A DNA stretch of 64,000 nucleotides from an uncultured virus (IMG/VR IMGVR_UViG_3300050503_000206). Taxonomy: Duplodnaviria > Heunggongvirae > Uroviricota > Caudoviricetes. A program made the position numbers and the translations under genes. The notes under the pieces are model-generated. The model saw only the letters and a list, made by a program, of their open reading frames with translations. It made no database searches and was not told the origin of the DNA. Below, piece by piece: positions 45,229-53,535 of the stretch. Position 1 is the stretch's first letter. Each line of letters begins with the position of its first letter. Location of the stretch: the IMG/VR virus record IMGVR_UViG_3300050503_000206; one strand, 5' to 3'.

Positions 45229-45593
45229 CGCGGCTGATACGCGTACGGACCGGGCCAGTACTGCGTCGGCCACTCGGGCCAGTACCACGGCGAGCTGAAG
45301 CCGTAGCCCATCGGCCAACCCCATGCGCCCGGGTAGCCGCCCCACCAGCCGTAGTAGTTCCACCAAGGGCTGTAGCCCCAGTAGTACGGCGAGTAGTTGT
45401 TGAAGAAGAAGCGTTGCGAGCTGACGTTGCTCGGCGACGACGAAATCCCGGCACCGGTGCCACCGCTGCCGACCGTCGCGCCACCGCCGACGACGCTGAC
45501 CGGGTTCTGCATGGCGGGGCTCATCGCGCCGCACGGATTCTGACGGGCGATCGCACTGCGGTTGATGGGGCGCTTGATCCGGGCGAGCTCCAT
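45204..45593 (-). CDS. NP-motif protein with Tyr/Trp/Gly/Pro-rich low-complexity tail
   Basis: RQNP, MQNP, YSPYYWGYSPWWNYYGWWGGYPG... Confidence 0.65.
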   Translation of the reverse strand: MELARIKRPINRSAIARQNPCGAMSPAMQNPVSVVGGGATVGSGGTGAGISSSPSNVSSQRFFFNNYSPYYWGYSPWWNYYGWWGGYPGAWGWPMGYGFSSPWYWPEWPTQYWPGPYAYQPRYPVVAIA

Positions 45594-45610
45594 GGGTCGA
45601 CCTCTGGCAA

Positions 45611-45638
45611 ACCCTACCAGAGCCGAGGCTGGTAGGCT
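45611..45638. promoter_or_regulatory. Back-to-back extended -10 promoters (CTGGTAGGGT on -, CTGGTAGGCT on +)
   Basis: 45611-45620 and 45629-45638; the + copy is 6 nt before GTG 45645. Confidence 0.75.
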
Positions 45639-45644
45639 GGGGGC

Positions 45645-46310
45645 GTGTACGCGGTCGTCCCGGCCTACAACGAGGCCCCGAGCGTGGCGGCGGTCGTCGA
45701 GGCCCTGCGGGCGTCCGGGGCCTTTGAGGACGTGGTGGTGGTGGACGACGGGTCGACCGACGACACTGCCGCTCGCGCCGAGGCGGCTGGCGCGGTGGCC
45801 ATCCGCACGCCGCGCAACCTCGGCAAAGGCGGTGCCATGCTCTACGGCACCGAGGCCATCGGCGAGACGAGCACGGACGACCGCGTGGCGTTCTTCGACG
45901 CCGACCTCGTCGGCCTCGAGCCGCGTCACATCCGTCGCATGGTCGACGCGTCCGATCTCGGCTACGACCAGGTCGCCGGCCTGCAGGATCGCGGCGACGT
46001 CGTGAATCTGTTGCAGCTGTGCGGTCCGCTCGTGACCGGGCAACGCGTGCTACGTCGATGGATCCTCGAGGCGCTGCCGCGGACGTGTTGGAGCGGATAC
46101 TGCATCGAGACCGCGATCAACGACGTCGTCGAGCGCGAGCAGGGCACGACGATGCTCGTGCTGCTCGATGGGATCGACACGCGCACGAAGCTCGACAAGG
46201 TCGGTGTGCTCGACGGGATCGCCGGGCAATGGAAGATGATCCGCCAGATCGCCAAGACGCGCGAGGCACTTCGTCTCACCGGAGGCACGTCGTGCACGCT
46301 CGGTTGGTGA
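45645..46310 (+). CDS. GT2 glycosyltransferase (DPM/glucosyl-3-phosphoglycerate synthase-like)
   Basis: VPAYNEA, VVDDGSTD, NLGKGGA, FFDADL, TGQRV. Confidence 0.85.
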   Translation: MYAVVPAYNEAPSVAAVVEALRASGAFEDVVVVDDGSTDDTAARAEAAGAVAIRTPRNLGKGGAMLYGTEAIGETSTDDRVAFFDADLVGLEPRHIRRMVDASDLGYDQVAGLQDRGDVVNLLQLCGPLVTGQRVLRRWILEALPRTCWSGYCIETAINDVVEREQGTTMLVLLDGIDTRTKLDKVGVLDGIAGQWKMIRQIAKTREALRLTGGTSCTLGW

Positions 46311-46534
46311 TCCCCCGAACGACGGGATCGATCCACGACGGCGAAGGTCCGGCGTGGAAGCCCTCGCGCGAGGAGGAAGGAGCCGTGCTCGTGCTGGTGC
46401 GCTGCGCCAACGGACACGTCTGCTATCTGAACCACGAGATCGACGACGCCGGCATCGTCACGCCGTCCATCGTGTGTCCGAAAGAGGACTGCGACTGGCA
46501 CGTCGTCGCCGAACTCGGAGGTTGGCCGCCATGA
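46307..46534 (+). CDS. Small Cys/His protein
   Basis: CANGH...VTPSIVCPKEDCDWH. Confidence 0.55.
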   Translation: MIPRTTGSIHDGEGPAWKPSREEEGAVLVLVRCANGHVCYLNHEIDDAGIVTPSIVCPKEDCDWHVVAELGGWPP

Positions 46535-46719
46535 GTGCTCGCGTTCCACCGGGTGGAGTCGTGTTGTGGGCGAACCCCAGCGAGCGCGCGCGGTTCAGGG
46601 CGGGCGCCGTGCTCGTCGTGCTCGGCGCGGCGACGGTGGGAGGGATCGCCGGATACATGGTCGGCAAACGCCGAGCGAAGCGACGCAATCCGAAGCGTCG
46701 ACGGAGACGGAAGCGATGA
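46531..46719 (+). CDS. Small NP-motif membrane protein with Arg-rich tail
   Basis: WANP, TM segment, KRRAKRRNPKRRRRRKR. Confidence 0.65.
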   Translation: MSARVPPGGVVLWANPSERARFRAGAVLVVLGAATVGGIAGYMVGKRRAKRRNPKRRRRRKR

Positions 46720-46901
46720 GCGACGATCCGATGCAGGGATGGTACGTGCGAGACGACCGCACCGTGTCGTTCCGTCGCTTCATCGCGGCTGCGGACGGAC
46801 GCGTCGAGCAAGTCGATCGACAGGACGAAGAGCGCGGCGCGATCCCGATCTTGGAGATCGAGTACTTGATCCGGACGCAGACGTTCGAGCTCGGCCACTA
46901 G
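46716..46901 (+). CDS. Small hypothetical protein
   Basis: ATGA-coupled. Confidence 0.45.
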   Translation: MSDDPMQGWYVRDDRTVSFRRFIAAADGRVEQVDRQDEERGAIPILEIEYLIRTQTFELGH

Positions 46902-47206
46902 GCCGCCGCGACGCCGCGCCCCTGCGGATCGATGGCGTTCAGCCGCTCGGCGCGGATCTCCGCGAGCGCAGCCACGGAGTCGGCGATCGCGGTCCATTCC
47001 TCGTTGGTCCACGTCTTCGGAAGCGGTACGGGCTCCGTCTGGTAGACGAGCTCGACGTCCTGCGCTTGGACGAACAGGCAGAGCCACCCTTGCACCCACC
47101 ATCGTCGCGGACCGTATCGGTAGACGCGACCGACGAGGTGGCGTTCGCCGGCAATGTCGATGCCGGTGACGCACGGGCTATAGCCCGGTGGATACGGTCC
47201 GTCCAT
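46898..47206 (-). CDS. Hypothetical protein
   Basis: TGATG-coupled; MDGPYPPGYSPC... Confidence 0.5.
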   Translation of the reverse strand: MDGPYPPGYSPCVTGIDIAGERHLVGRVYRYGPRRWWVQGWLCLFVQAQDVELVYQTEPVPLPKTWTNEEWTAIADSVAALAEIRAERLNAIDPQGRGVAAA

Positions 47207-47421
47207 CAGCCGCGCACGCGTTCTTCGATCTCGCCCAGCAGCACGAAGCCGAGTCCGACCGCGGCGCCGACGAGCGCACCGGTGGACGCGCTCTTCTTCG
47301 CGACTGCGTATCCGGCCGCGCCACCCACGGCACCGATGCTGGCGAGGATCGCTGCGAGCTGCGCTGTTGTGGACGCGTCCTGGTTGCGGCGACGCGCCAT
47401 GGCGTTGCGTTTGCGTTTCAT
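47206..47421 (-). CDS. Small two-TM protein with basic RRRN N-terminus
   Basis: MKRKRNAMARRRNQ followed by Gly/Ala-rich TMs. Confidence 0.6.
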   Translation of the reverse strand: MKRKRNAMARRRNQDASTTAQLAAILASIGAVGGAAGYAVAKKSASTGALVGAAVGLGFVLLGEIEERVRG

Positions 47422-47879
47422 GCTTCGAAGGCTCCTGCGACGGCGTTGCGCTGGGACACGGGTGCTCCGACTCGCTGCCGCTGCCCACGAGGTCCGAAGA
47501 CTGGGCTCGACATGGGCGCGACGACGACCGCCGCGCGCGGCTTGGGGTTGCGGCGACGCCTCGACTTCGGGCGGTACGGGTTCGTCGCCGGCCCGGTCGA
47601 GTTGTACTTCTGACCGAGCCACCAGCCGCCCAGGAACAGCGCGGTGTCGGACAGCACGTTGCCCCACGACTCGGGGCCCGAGGTGCGGAAGAACTTCTGG
47701 CCGGCCTCGGATCGCTCGAGCATCTGCTCGAGGATGTCCCACGCGATGGCGGTCGCGAGCGTCGCCCAGAACCCGATGCCGGTCAGTCCGAACGCGAGGC
47801 CGGTCGCACCGTGCACGACGCTCCACGGGTCGAGCCACGCTTCGTTCTGGTCCCGCTTATTGATCGCGACGAGCTTCAC
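47418..47879 (-). CDS. Membrane protein with NP motifs
   Basis: DPWSVVH...WDILE...ESWGNVLSD; TNP, RRRRNP; promoter motif at 47890-47899. Confidence 0.65.
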   Translation of the reverse strand: MKLVAINKRDQNEAWLDPWSVVHGATGLAFGLTGIGFWATLATAIAWDILEQMLERSEAGQKFFRTSGPESWGNVLSDTALFLGGWWLGQKYNSTGPATNPYRPKSRRRRNPKPRAAVVVAPMSSPVFGPRGQRQRVGAPVSQRNAVAGAFEA

Positions 47880-47900
47880 GGCGGTTCCGACCCTACCAGC

Positions 47901-48527
47901 TCAGAGCTTCGGGATCCCCGCCGCCAGCCGGTGTGCACGAATGCACGGGCGAGCCGGGTTCTCGACACGGACGGCCGGGTTCTCGGCGTGGATCGTCGCG
48001 AGCTTGCCGTAGTACTCCGGGTCCTCGTCGAGATGGTCCATCGCGATCTCGAGTGCGGTCAGCGGATCGGTGGTGTGTTCGAGTTCGACCATCGCTCCGC
48101 GGATGAGCGCCTGCCGACCGAAGCTCGCAGGCGCGCGCTTCGTGCCGCCTGGGATCCGCTGTCTCCACCGCTTGTCCTTGGTATGACGTCGCACGGTGTC
48201 TCTGGCCGCACGTTCTTTGGCGGGGTTGTTCTTGCGACCGTAGAGCGGATCGCCACCGAGACGGATCGCAGTGACCTTCAGGATCTCGTGGGCTGCCGCG
48301 GCGTCTTCTTCGTCGTCGAAGTAGACGTCGCTCATCTCCCAGACGTCATCGGCCCACTTCGCCATGTACTCGCCGGCCGGCGTCTGCTGCAGCCACGTCG
48401 CGTCGTCGCCGACGGTGTACTCGTCGATCACGTTCACCACGACATCCAGGCCCCGAGCACTCGCACTCGCGCGCGCGTCGGCGAGGATCTGCGATTCGGA
48501 TCCGGACAGGTTCTTGCGCCGTGACAT
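47901..48527 (-). CDS. NP-motif protein with DUF5661-like domain
   Basis: GAMVELEHTTDPLTALEIAMDHLDEDPEYYGKL. Confidence 0.7.
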   Translation of the reverse strand: MSRRKNLSGSESQILADARASASARGLDVVVNVIDEYTVGDDATWLQQTPAGEYMAKWADDVWEMSDVYFDDEEDAAAAHEILKVTAIRLGGDPLYGRKNNPAKERAARDTVRRHTKDKRWRQRIPGGTKRAPASFGRQALIRGAMVELEHTTDPLTALEIAMDHLDEDPEYYGKLATIHAENPAVRVENPARPCIRAHRLAAGIPKL

Positions 48528-48712
48528 CACCACTCCTTCCGACGCCACATCGCGACGGTCAGCACGGTGCTCACGACCAAACCCGCGAGCGCGATCTCCG
48601 GACGCTTGGTGACTTGCGACACCGCGAATCCGACGCCTGCGATGCCGAGTCCGAGGCCGACCGCGTTGGCGGTCTTCTGCCACTCGTGCTCGGCGGACGT
48701 GTGATCGGGCAT
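48527..48712 (-). CDS. Small two-TM protein
   Basis: Two hydrophobic segments and a basic C-terminus. Confidence 0.55.
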   Translation of the reverse strand: MPDHTSAEHEWQKTANAVGLGLGIAGVGFAVSQVTKRPEIALAGLVVSTVLTVAMWRRKEW

Positions 48713-48715
48713 GGT

Positions 48716-49354
48716 TCACCCCACCGGTTGCGCAGCGCAGCCGCAGGGGTTCTTGCGCCGCATGAACACGGGCGCGACGCCCATGAAGTGGTGGTACCAC
48801 TTCGCGCGCGGACGCCTCGCGTTGGGCTTGGGCAACGCGCATCCGCACGGGTTCTTCTGGCAGCCGCACGACCCGTTGCGCGCGCGCACCGTCGACGGCA
48901 GCAGGATGGAGATGTTCTTGGTCCGTCCTTCGCCCATGCGCGCGTCGTATCGCTTCGCGAGCGAGTACTGCCGTGCCCTCGGCAGGACTCGATCGGCGTG
49001 CGGGAACACGGTGGCCTCCTCGTAGCGGATGTGGGCGCCCAGGAGCGCCGCCATCTGCCAGAAGGCCATCATGAACTGCGGAGATCCGTACGGGGTACGA
49101 CCGAGGTTGTCGAGCGCGGTCCCGATCTGGCGGTGCCCCATCTCGAGCGTGGCGACCACGCGCGCGTCAGGTGCTGAAACGCCGGCCAACGCTTGGTAGA
49201 ACGTCGCTTCCTCGGCGGCGCTGTGCCGACGGATCGCATCGGCGATCCCGGGGTACATGCGGGTCGCCTGTCGTGGATCAGCGCGCACCGCTGCGATCTC
49301 GCGCATCACAGCGTTGTGGTCACGCGTCAGAGCTTGGGTGATCGTCTGTGGCAT
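48716..49354 (-). CDS. Hemerythrin-like protein with NPCGC tail
   Basis: DH, HSAAEEATFY, H, HIRYEEATVFP; CGCQKNPCGC...RRKNPCGC. Confidence 0.8.
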   Translation of the reverse strand: MPQTITQALTRDHNAVMREIAAVRADPRQATRMYPGIADAIRRHSAAEEATFYQALAGVSAPDARVVATLEMGHRQIGTALDNLGRTPYGSPQFMMAFWQMAALLGAHIRYEEATVFPHADRVLPRARQYSLAKRYDARMGEGRTKNISILLPSTVRARNGSCGCQKNPCGCALPKPNARRPRAKWYHHFMGVAPVFMRRKNPCGCAAQPVG

Positions 49355-49366
49355 TCGCTCTCCCTT

Positions 49367-50935
49367 TCAACTGATGCCGAGCGCCCACACCTTGTATGCG
49401 GCTTCGAAGCTGGTCTTCTGAGCCGTCGAGGAAACGAGGTGACCGTCTTGCTCGGTCGGTGCATCGATCCCGCCCCACTGCGGATCGGCGCCGACCATGA
49501 GGAACCGCGGCATGCCGACGTAGTGCAGTCGCGCGTAGACCTTGCGACCTGACGTCACGATGCTCACCCGAGGACGCGGCTCCCAGATCGTCTCGCGGAA
49601 CCGCGGCTCGGCGCCCCAGTCCGCGGTCACCAGGAAGTGGTTCACCGATGGCGTCGGCCAGATCAGCTCGTCGTTGCTGCACGGATCCACGCCAGGGTCG
49701 TTGATCGGATGCGGCTGATCTGCGACTGCCTTGCCCGTGGTGTTCGCGAGTCCGATGACGGCGGAATACTGCCGCTTCCACAACGGCTTCGAGGTGAACT
49801 GCGCCCAGACCAGGCCCGCACCATCCTCGTTGCGCAAGTGCAGCGGGTTGTCGGGAAGGGGATTGTTGGGGTTGAGCAGGCCGTAGATCGCACCGCCGGT
49901 CGGCTGCAAGCACAGACCGAAGCGGATGTTCCACGCCTTGCACTCGCTGAAGTCGGAGATGTCGAAGTCGAAGATGAGGAAGTCGTGCGTCGTCTTGGGT
50001 AGCGGATCTCCGCCGACGAACTGCTGCGCCCAGAAGGCATCGTCGACGTCGATGCCGCTCTGCGATTTCGTGTACGGCACTTCCTGGCAGTGCTTGAGCA
50101 CCGGAGGTGCCGGGGGAACGAAGTGGTACTCGGGAAACGGGAAATCACCGGGCATGACCGGACCGCCGGGCGGCAGGTCGATCGTGCCTTGCGTCGGGCC
50201 GGGCTCGTTGATGTCGGGACCGGGACCTGGCGGCTGCGCGATGCCGGGCTCGCCTTCGTTCTGGTAGTCGGGCAGCAGGATCTCGGGGACGACGCGCTGG
50301 TCGTACGGCGGCATGCCGAGCTGGGCGAGTCGCGTGGCGATCCGTTCGTCGATCTCGTCGACGTTGCCGGTGCCGAGCACGCGTCCTCCGCGATGCTGGA
50401 CTTCACGACCGATCAGAAACGACAGGGCGACGAACAGCTGCTGCAATCGCGGCGTGCCACCGACGGGCGGCCACGTGCAGTCCGGCCAGTACTTCGACAG
50501 GAACTGGGTGACGTTGTAGGTGGGATCCGCGGATCGGTTCTTGGGATCCTTGGTGATGGCTGCGAGCGAAGCGATCGTCTTGGCGAGGTCCTGCGACTGC
50601 GCGCCAGGGCCAGGCACGAAGACGAAGTCCGTGCAGTTGACGTCGACGTAGTAGCCCGGCGGCGTCGCGTCCGTCGGGACGCACGCACCGCTCGAGTCCT
50701 GCTCGAATCCCGGATACCGCGGGCCGAGCTCGCATGCGATGGGCACCGGTTCCCCGGTGCCCTGGGGTGGCTGAGGCAGCTCGTATTTCGGGCCACGGCG
50801 CGATCGGTTGAACCGATACGCGCCGTAACCGACGAGGCCCGCCGCGATCGCGGCGCCTGCCCACGTCGCGACCTGGCGCGACGTGGGGTTTCGGCGGTGA
50901 CGCGAACGACGGCGTTGTTTCCTGCCTCGTGCCAT
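49367..50935 (-). CDS. RRNP membrane-anchored putative virion protein
   Basis: MARGRKQRRRSRHRRNP, TM segment, WPDCTWPP motif. Confidence 0.7.
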   Translation of the reverse strand: MARGRKQRRRSRHRRNPTSRQVATWAGAAIAAGLVGYGAYRFNRSRRGPKYELPQPPQGTGEPVPIACELGPRYPGFEQDSSGACVPTDATPPGYYVDVNCTDFVFVPGPGAQSQDLAKTIASLAAITKDPKNRSADPTYNVTQFLSKYWPDCTWPPVGGTPRLQQLFVALSFLIGREVQHRGGRVLGTGNVDEIDERIATRLAQLGMPPYDQRVVPEILLPDYQNEGEPGIAQPPGPGPDINEPGPTQGTIDLPPGGPVMPGDFPFPEYHFVPPAPPVLKHCQEVPYTKSQSGIDVDDAFWAQQFVGGDPLPKTTHDFLIFDFDISDFSECKAWNIRFGLCLQPTGGAIYGLLNPNNPLPDNPLHLRNEDGAGLVWAQFTSKPLWKRQYSAVIGLANTTGKAVADQPHPINDPGVDPCSNDELIWPTPSVNHFLVTADWGAEPRFRETIWEPRPRVSIVTSGRKVYARLHYVGMPRFLMVGADPQWGGIDAPTEQDGHLVSSTAQKTSFEAAYKVWALGIS

Positions 50936-50939
50936 GGCG

Positions 50940-52421
50940 TCAGAGGTTGACGATCTTCGCCGCGGCGCGCTTCTGCGCCTCGGGGTTCTTCCGCAGGTGC
51001 TCGAGCCGCAGGCGCTCGGCCGGATCCTCGACGCCTGGGTTCATCCAGCGATCGGAGTAGTCCGTCTCCGGCTTGGAGCGCGGCTGGTACTCGCGAGTGA
51101 CGCGCGGTGCCGGGGCATCGTCGTCGGGGTTGCGGCGACGCCGACGGCGACGCGGGTTCTCGATCTTCGGTGCGATGGTCTCGACCTCGTCGGGGTTGCG
51201 GCGACGACGACGACGACGCGGATTCGCTTCGGCGACCTTCGTCTTGGTCTTCGTCTCGACCTCGTCGGGGTTGCGGCGACGCCGACGGCGACGCGGGTTC
51301 TCGGCCTTCGGTGCGACGGTCTCGACGTCGTCCGGATTCCGGCGACGGCGACGACGCTTGCGACGCGGGTTCGTCTCGGCGGCGACCTTCGTCTCGACCT
51401 CGTCGGGATTGCGACGCCGACGCCGACGCTTGCGACGCGGGTTCGTCTCGGCAGCGACCTTCGTCTCCACCTCGTCCGGGTTGCGGCGGCGACGACGACG
51501 CTTGCGGCGCGGGTTCGTCTCGGCGGCGACCTTCGTCTCGACCTCGTCGGGATTGCGACGCCGACGACGACGCTTCCGGCGCGGGTTCGCCTCGGCGACC
51601 TTCGTCTCGACCTCGTCGGGATTGCGACGCCGACGGCGACGCTTGCGACGCGGGTTCGTCTCGGCAGCGACCTTCGTCTCCACCTCGTCCGGGTTGCGGC
51701 GGCGACGACGACGCTTGCGGCGCGGGTTCGTCTCGGCGGCGACCTTCGTCTCGACCTCGTCCGGGTTGCGGCGGCGACGACGACGCTTGCGGCGCGGGTT
51801 CGTCTCGGCGGCGACCTTCGTCTCGACCTCGTCGGGATTGCGACGACGACGCCGACGACGCGGATTCGCGGCCTTCGGCGCGACGGTCTCGATCTCGTCG
51901 GGGTTGCGACGACGACGACGACGCTTGCGGCGCGGGTTCTCGACCGCGGTCTTCGTCTTCGCCTTCACGGGCGCTTCCTCGGCGTTGCGACGACGACGGC
52001 GACGACGGGGGTTCTCCACCTTCGGCTCGACCTCGTCGGGGTTGCGACGGCGACGTCGCTTGCGACGCGGATTCGTCTCGGCGACCTTCGTCTTCGTCTT
52101 CGTCTCGACCTCGTCGGGATTCCGTCGACGACGCCGACGACGACGCGGGTTCTCGACCGGCGCAGCGACCTCATCCGGGTTGCGACGGCGACGACGCTTG
52201 CGACGCGGGTTCTCGACCGCGGTGGTCTTCGCTTTGGCCTTCACCGGTGCATCCTCGGCGTTGCGCCGACGTCGTCGACGACGCGGGTTGTCTTCCGGAT
52301 CCGGGTTCTCCTCGGCGTTGCGACGGCGACGGCGACGCGGATTCGCGACCGGGGCGGCCTCTTCTGCGTTGCGGCGACGCTTGCGACGGCGCCTCGGGTT
52401 CTCTTCTGACGCGCGTGCCAT
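50940..52421 (-). CDS. Protamine-like Arg-rich repeat protein (about 19 NP-R(6-9)-N[PA] blocks)
   Basis: Repeat NPRRKRRRRRRNPDEVETKVAAET; SD AAGGAG; promoter motif at 52483-52492. Confidence 0.8.
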   Translation of the reverse strand: MARASEENPRRRRKRRRNAEEAAPVANPRRRRRRNAEENPDPEDNPRRRRRRRNAEDAPVKAKAKTTAVENPRRKRRRRRNPDEVAAPVENPRRRRRRRRNPDEVETKTKTKVAETNPRRKRRRRRNPDEVEPKVENPRRRRRRRNAEEAPVKAKTKTAVENPRRKRRRRRRNPDEIETVAPKAANPRRRRRRRNPDEVETKVAAETNPRRKRRRRRRNPDEVETKVAAETNPRRKRRRRRRNPDEVETKVAAETNPRRKRRRRRRNPDEVETKVAEANPRRKRRRRRRNPDEVETKVAAETNPRRKRRRRRRNPDEVETKVAAETNPRRKRRRRRRNPDEVETKVAAETNPRRKRRRRRRNPDDVETVAPKAENPRRRRRRRNPDEVETKTKTKVAEANPRRRRRRRNPDEVETIAPKIENPRRRRRRRNPDDDAPAPRVTREYQPRSKPETDYSDRWMNPGVEDPAERLRLEHLRKNPEAQKRAAAKIVNL

Positions 52422-52527
52422 TGTTGGCGTGCTCCTTGGTTCGTGTCGGCGCCGCGCGGCGCCACTTGGCAGGTTCGGCCGGACCCTACCAGCGTCGGGA
52501 CGATCCGGAAACCGGCTGTCAACGTGG

Positions 52528-53535
52528 TCAGGATCCGGCGCCGGAGATCCGGCGCGACAAGGCCCGGGCGCGCACAGAAGTGGCGTCAGCGCGCAGATCC
52601 GGGTTGCGCACCTTGGCCACGCCATGGCCCTGTTTCGGGTTCCGTTGCGCGCCCAACCGCTGCTCGGCGCGGCGGATCGACTGCGCGGCACGGTTGGCGC
52701 TGGCGCGGCCGTAGAACGGGTCGGCGCCTTCGCCCTCTTCGCCAGTGTGCCCGAAGTTGTACCAGACGTCCTCGTGCAGCGACGTCAGGAACTGGCGCGG
52801 CGTGTCCGTGACAGGACCTGCGTCCGCCATCTTCAGGTAGTCGCGCACGCCGTCTGTGATCCCCCAGTCGTCTTCCGATTCCTCGGCTTCGTCGCGCAGC
52901 TGCTCGAGCACCTTGCGCTCGCGCGCCGTGAGATCATGCCCCTTCGGGTTACGACGTCCGCTCAGCGAGTTTCCGTACTCGTCGTAGCCATGCTCCGCCA
53001 GAAGGATTGCAACGTCGTCGTCACCTCTTGCGCCCGCCCAGTCGGTTTCGAGGAGTTCTCGATCCACGTAGTACTCGAGCTGCGCTTCTTCGCCACCGCT
53101 CGCCTTGCCCGTGTACAGGACCATGATGTGGCCCCACATCGGCGGATCGTTCTGATCCTCGACATACCGGAGGCGATAGTTGCCGGTGCGCTTCGTCGCG
53201 CCGTGCTTCGGCGCGTTCGGGTTCGCTGCGGTCGACTCGTGCTGGCGGAACTTCTTGATCGCGTCGGTCTTGCGCTCGCCGGGCGTCTTGCCGTAGCCCG
53301 TGATCACCTTCATGTTGCTGTAGCCCTCGTCGGCGTACCGCACGTAGAACTCCGTGACGGTGCTGCCGCCGTAGCGGCGCCGCTCCTCGGCGGTCGCTTT
53401 GTAGCGATCCTTCGAGGTCGCGATCACCTTGCGCTCGGCCGGGTTGCTCTCGCCCATGAACCGCGGCGCGCCCGGCCGCGACGGGTTCACGACGCGCACG
53501 CGGTAGGTCTTCGGGGTCTTGGAGCGCTTGGACAT
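52528..53535 (-). CDS. NP-punctuated multidomain protein
   Basis: Six NP sites; C-terminal RARALSRRI. Confidence 0.7.
   Translation of the reverse strand: MSKRSKTPKTYRVRVVNPSRPGAPRFMGESNPAERKVIATSKDRYKATAEERRRYGGSTVTEFYVRYADEGYSNMKVITGYGKTPGERKTDAIKKFRQHESTAANPNAPKHGATKRTGNYRLRYVEDQNDPPMWGHIMVLYTGKASGGEEAQLEYYVDRELLETDWAGARGDDDVAILLAEHGYDEYGNSLSGRRNPKGHDLTARERKVLEQLRDEAEESEDDWGITDGVRDYLKMADAGPVTDTPRQFLTSLHEDVWYNFGHTGEEGEGADPFYGRASANRAAQSIRRAEQRLGAQRNPKQGHGVAKVRNPDLRADATSVRARALSRRISGAGS

Noticed and set aside
50940..52421. 72-bp repeats as a CRISPR array
   Set aside because: There are no unique spacers, the variation is synonymous and in frame, and no cas genes are present.
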